Source: Lingula anatina
Lineage: Eukaryota; Animalia; Brachiopoda
Assembly: GCA_051362555.1 (NCBI GenBank)
Contig: CM120641.1
Span: 21,514,001-21,578,000 of the forward strand
Length of the DNA: 64,000 bases
Direction: 5' to 3'
A model generated the notes under the pieces. It was given only the letters and a program-made list of their open reading frames with translations. It made no database searches and had not been told where the DNA came from. The translations under genes and the position numbers were made by a program. The number at the start of each line of letters is the position of its first letter. Within the stretch, counting starts at the first letter, position 1. Shown here one piece after another: positions 63,738 to 64,000 of this stretch.

Positions 63738-64000
63738 TTCAAGATATATTATGGAAATGTAGTAAAAAATTTTAAAACACAAAGAAGAGTAACATGAAAG
63801 TTTCAAAACATAATAGACAATGATAAAAATATATAGCAGATGCTTTCCAGATAAAAAATTACGCTGTATATGAAAGGTCTCTATTGTTACGACTTGTGTT
63901 ATACTTAAAACTCTTTGTGAAAAAAACATCCATTACTTCTCTGGAATTTTAGGCTCTGTTCTCACAACTTTTAGATCGATCTATCACCGCGGGGAGTCTC

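Overview
AT-rich, intron-containing animal genomic DNA. It looks like a lophotrochozoan/mollusc-like invertebrate, but the species cannot be fixed from sequence alone. Five protein-coding genes were reconstructed by hand from GT-AG splice sites and frame continuity. (1) The 3' half of a HIF-alpha gene (+, to 7849), with NODD, CODD and C-TAD all carrying non-canonical substitutions and flanking poly-His tracts. (2) A complete ~25-exon RGS22-like gene (+, 11565-32828, ~1254 aa). (3) A secreted GH18 chitinase with a Gly/Ser linker and five exon-encoded chitin-binding (CBM14-like) modules of an apparent 8-Cys variant (+, 38489-46130). (4, 5) Two tandemly duplicated, convergently oriented GH18 chitinases (-, 47448-52253 and 54840-59265) that lack CBMs and end in GPI-anchor-like signals. 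Several non-autonomous DNA elements are present: a 911-bp foldback, a ~3.75-kb element with ~800-bp terminal inverted repeats (TIRs), a HINE/DINE-1-like element, a two-copy ~255-bp MITE family and a TGT..ACA TIR element; some are confirmed by empty sites in the paralogue. The most interesting signals are the soluble-versus-membrane-anchored chitinase cluster and its duplication history, the altered HIF oxygen-sensing motifs, an intronic RFX X-box cluster in RGS22, and a CpG-depletion boundary near 34.3 kb. All gene models are manual predictions without transcript support.
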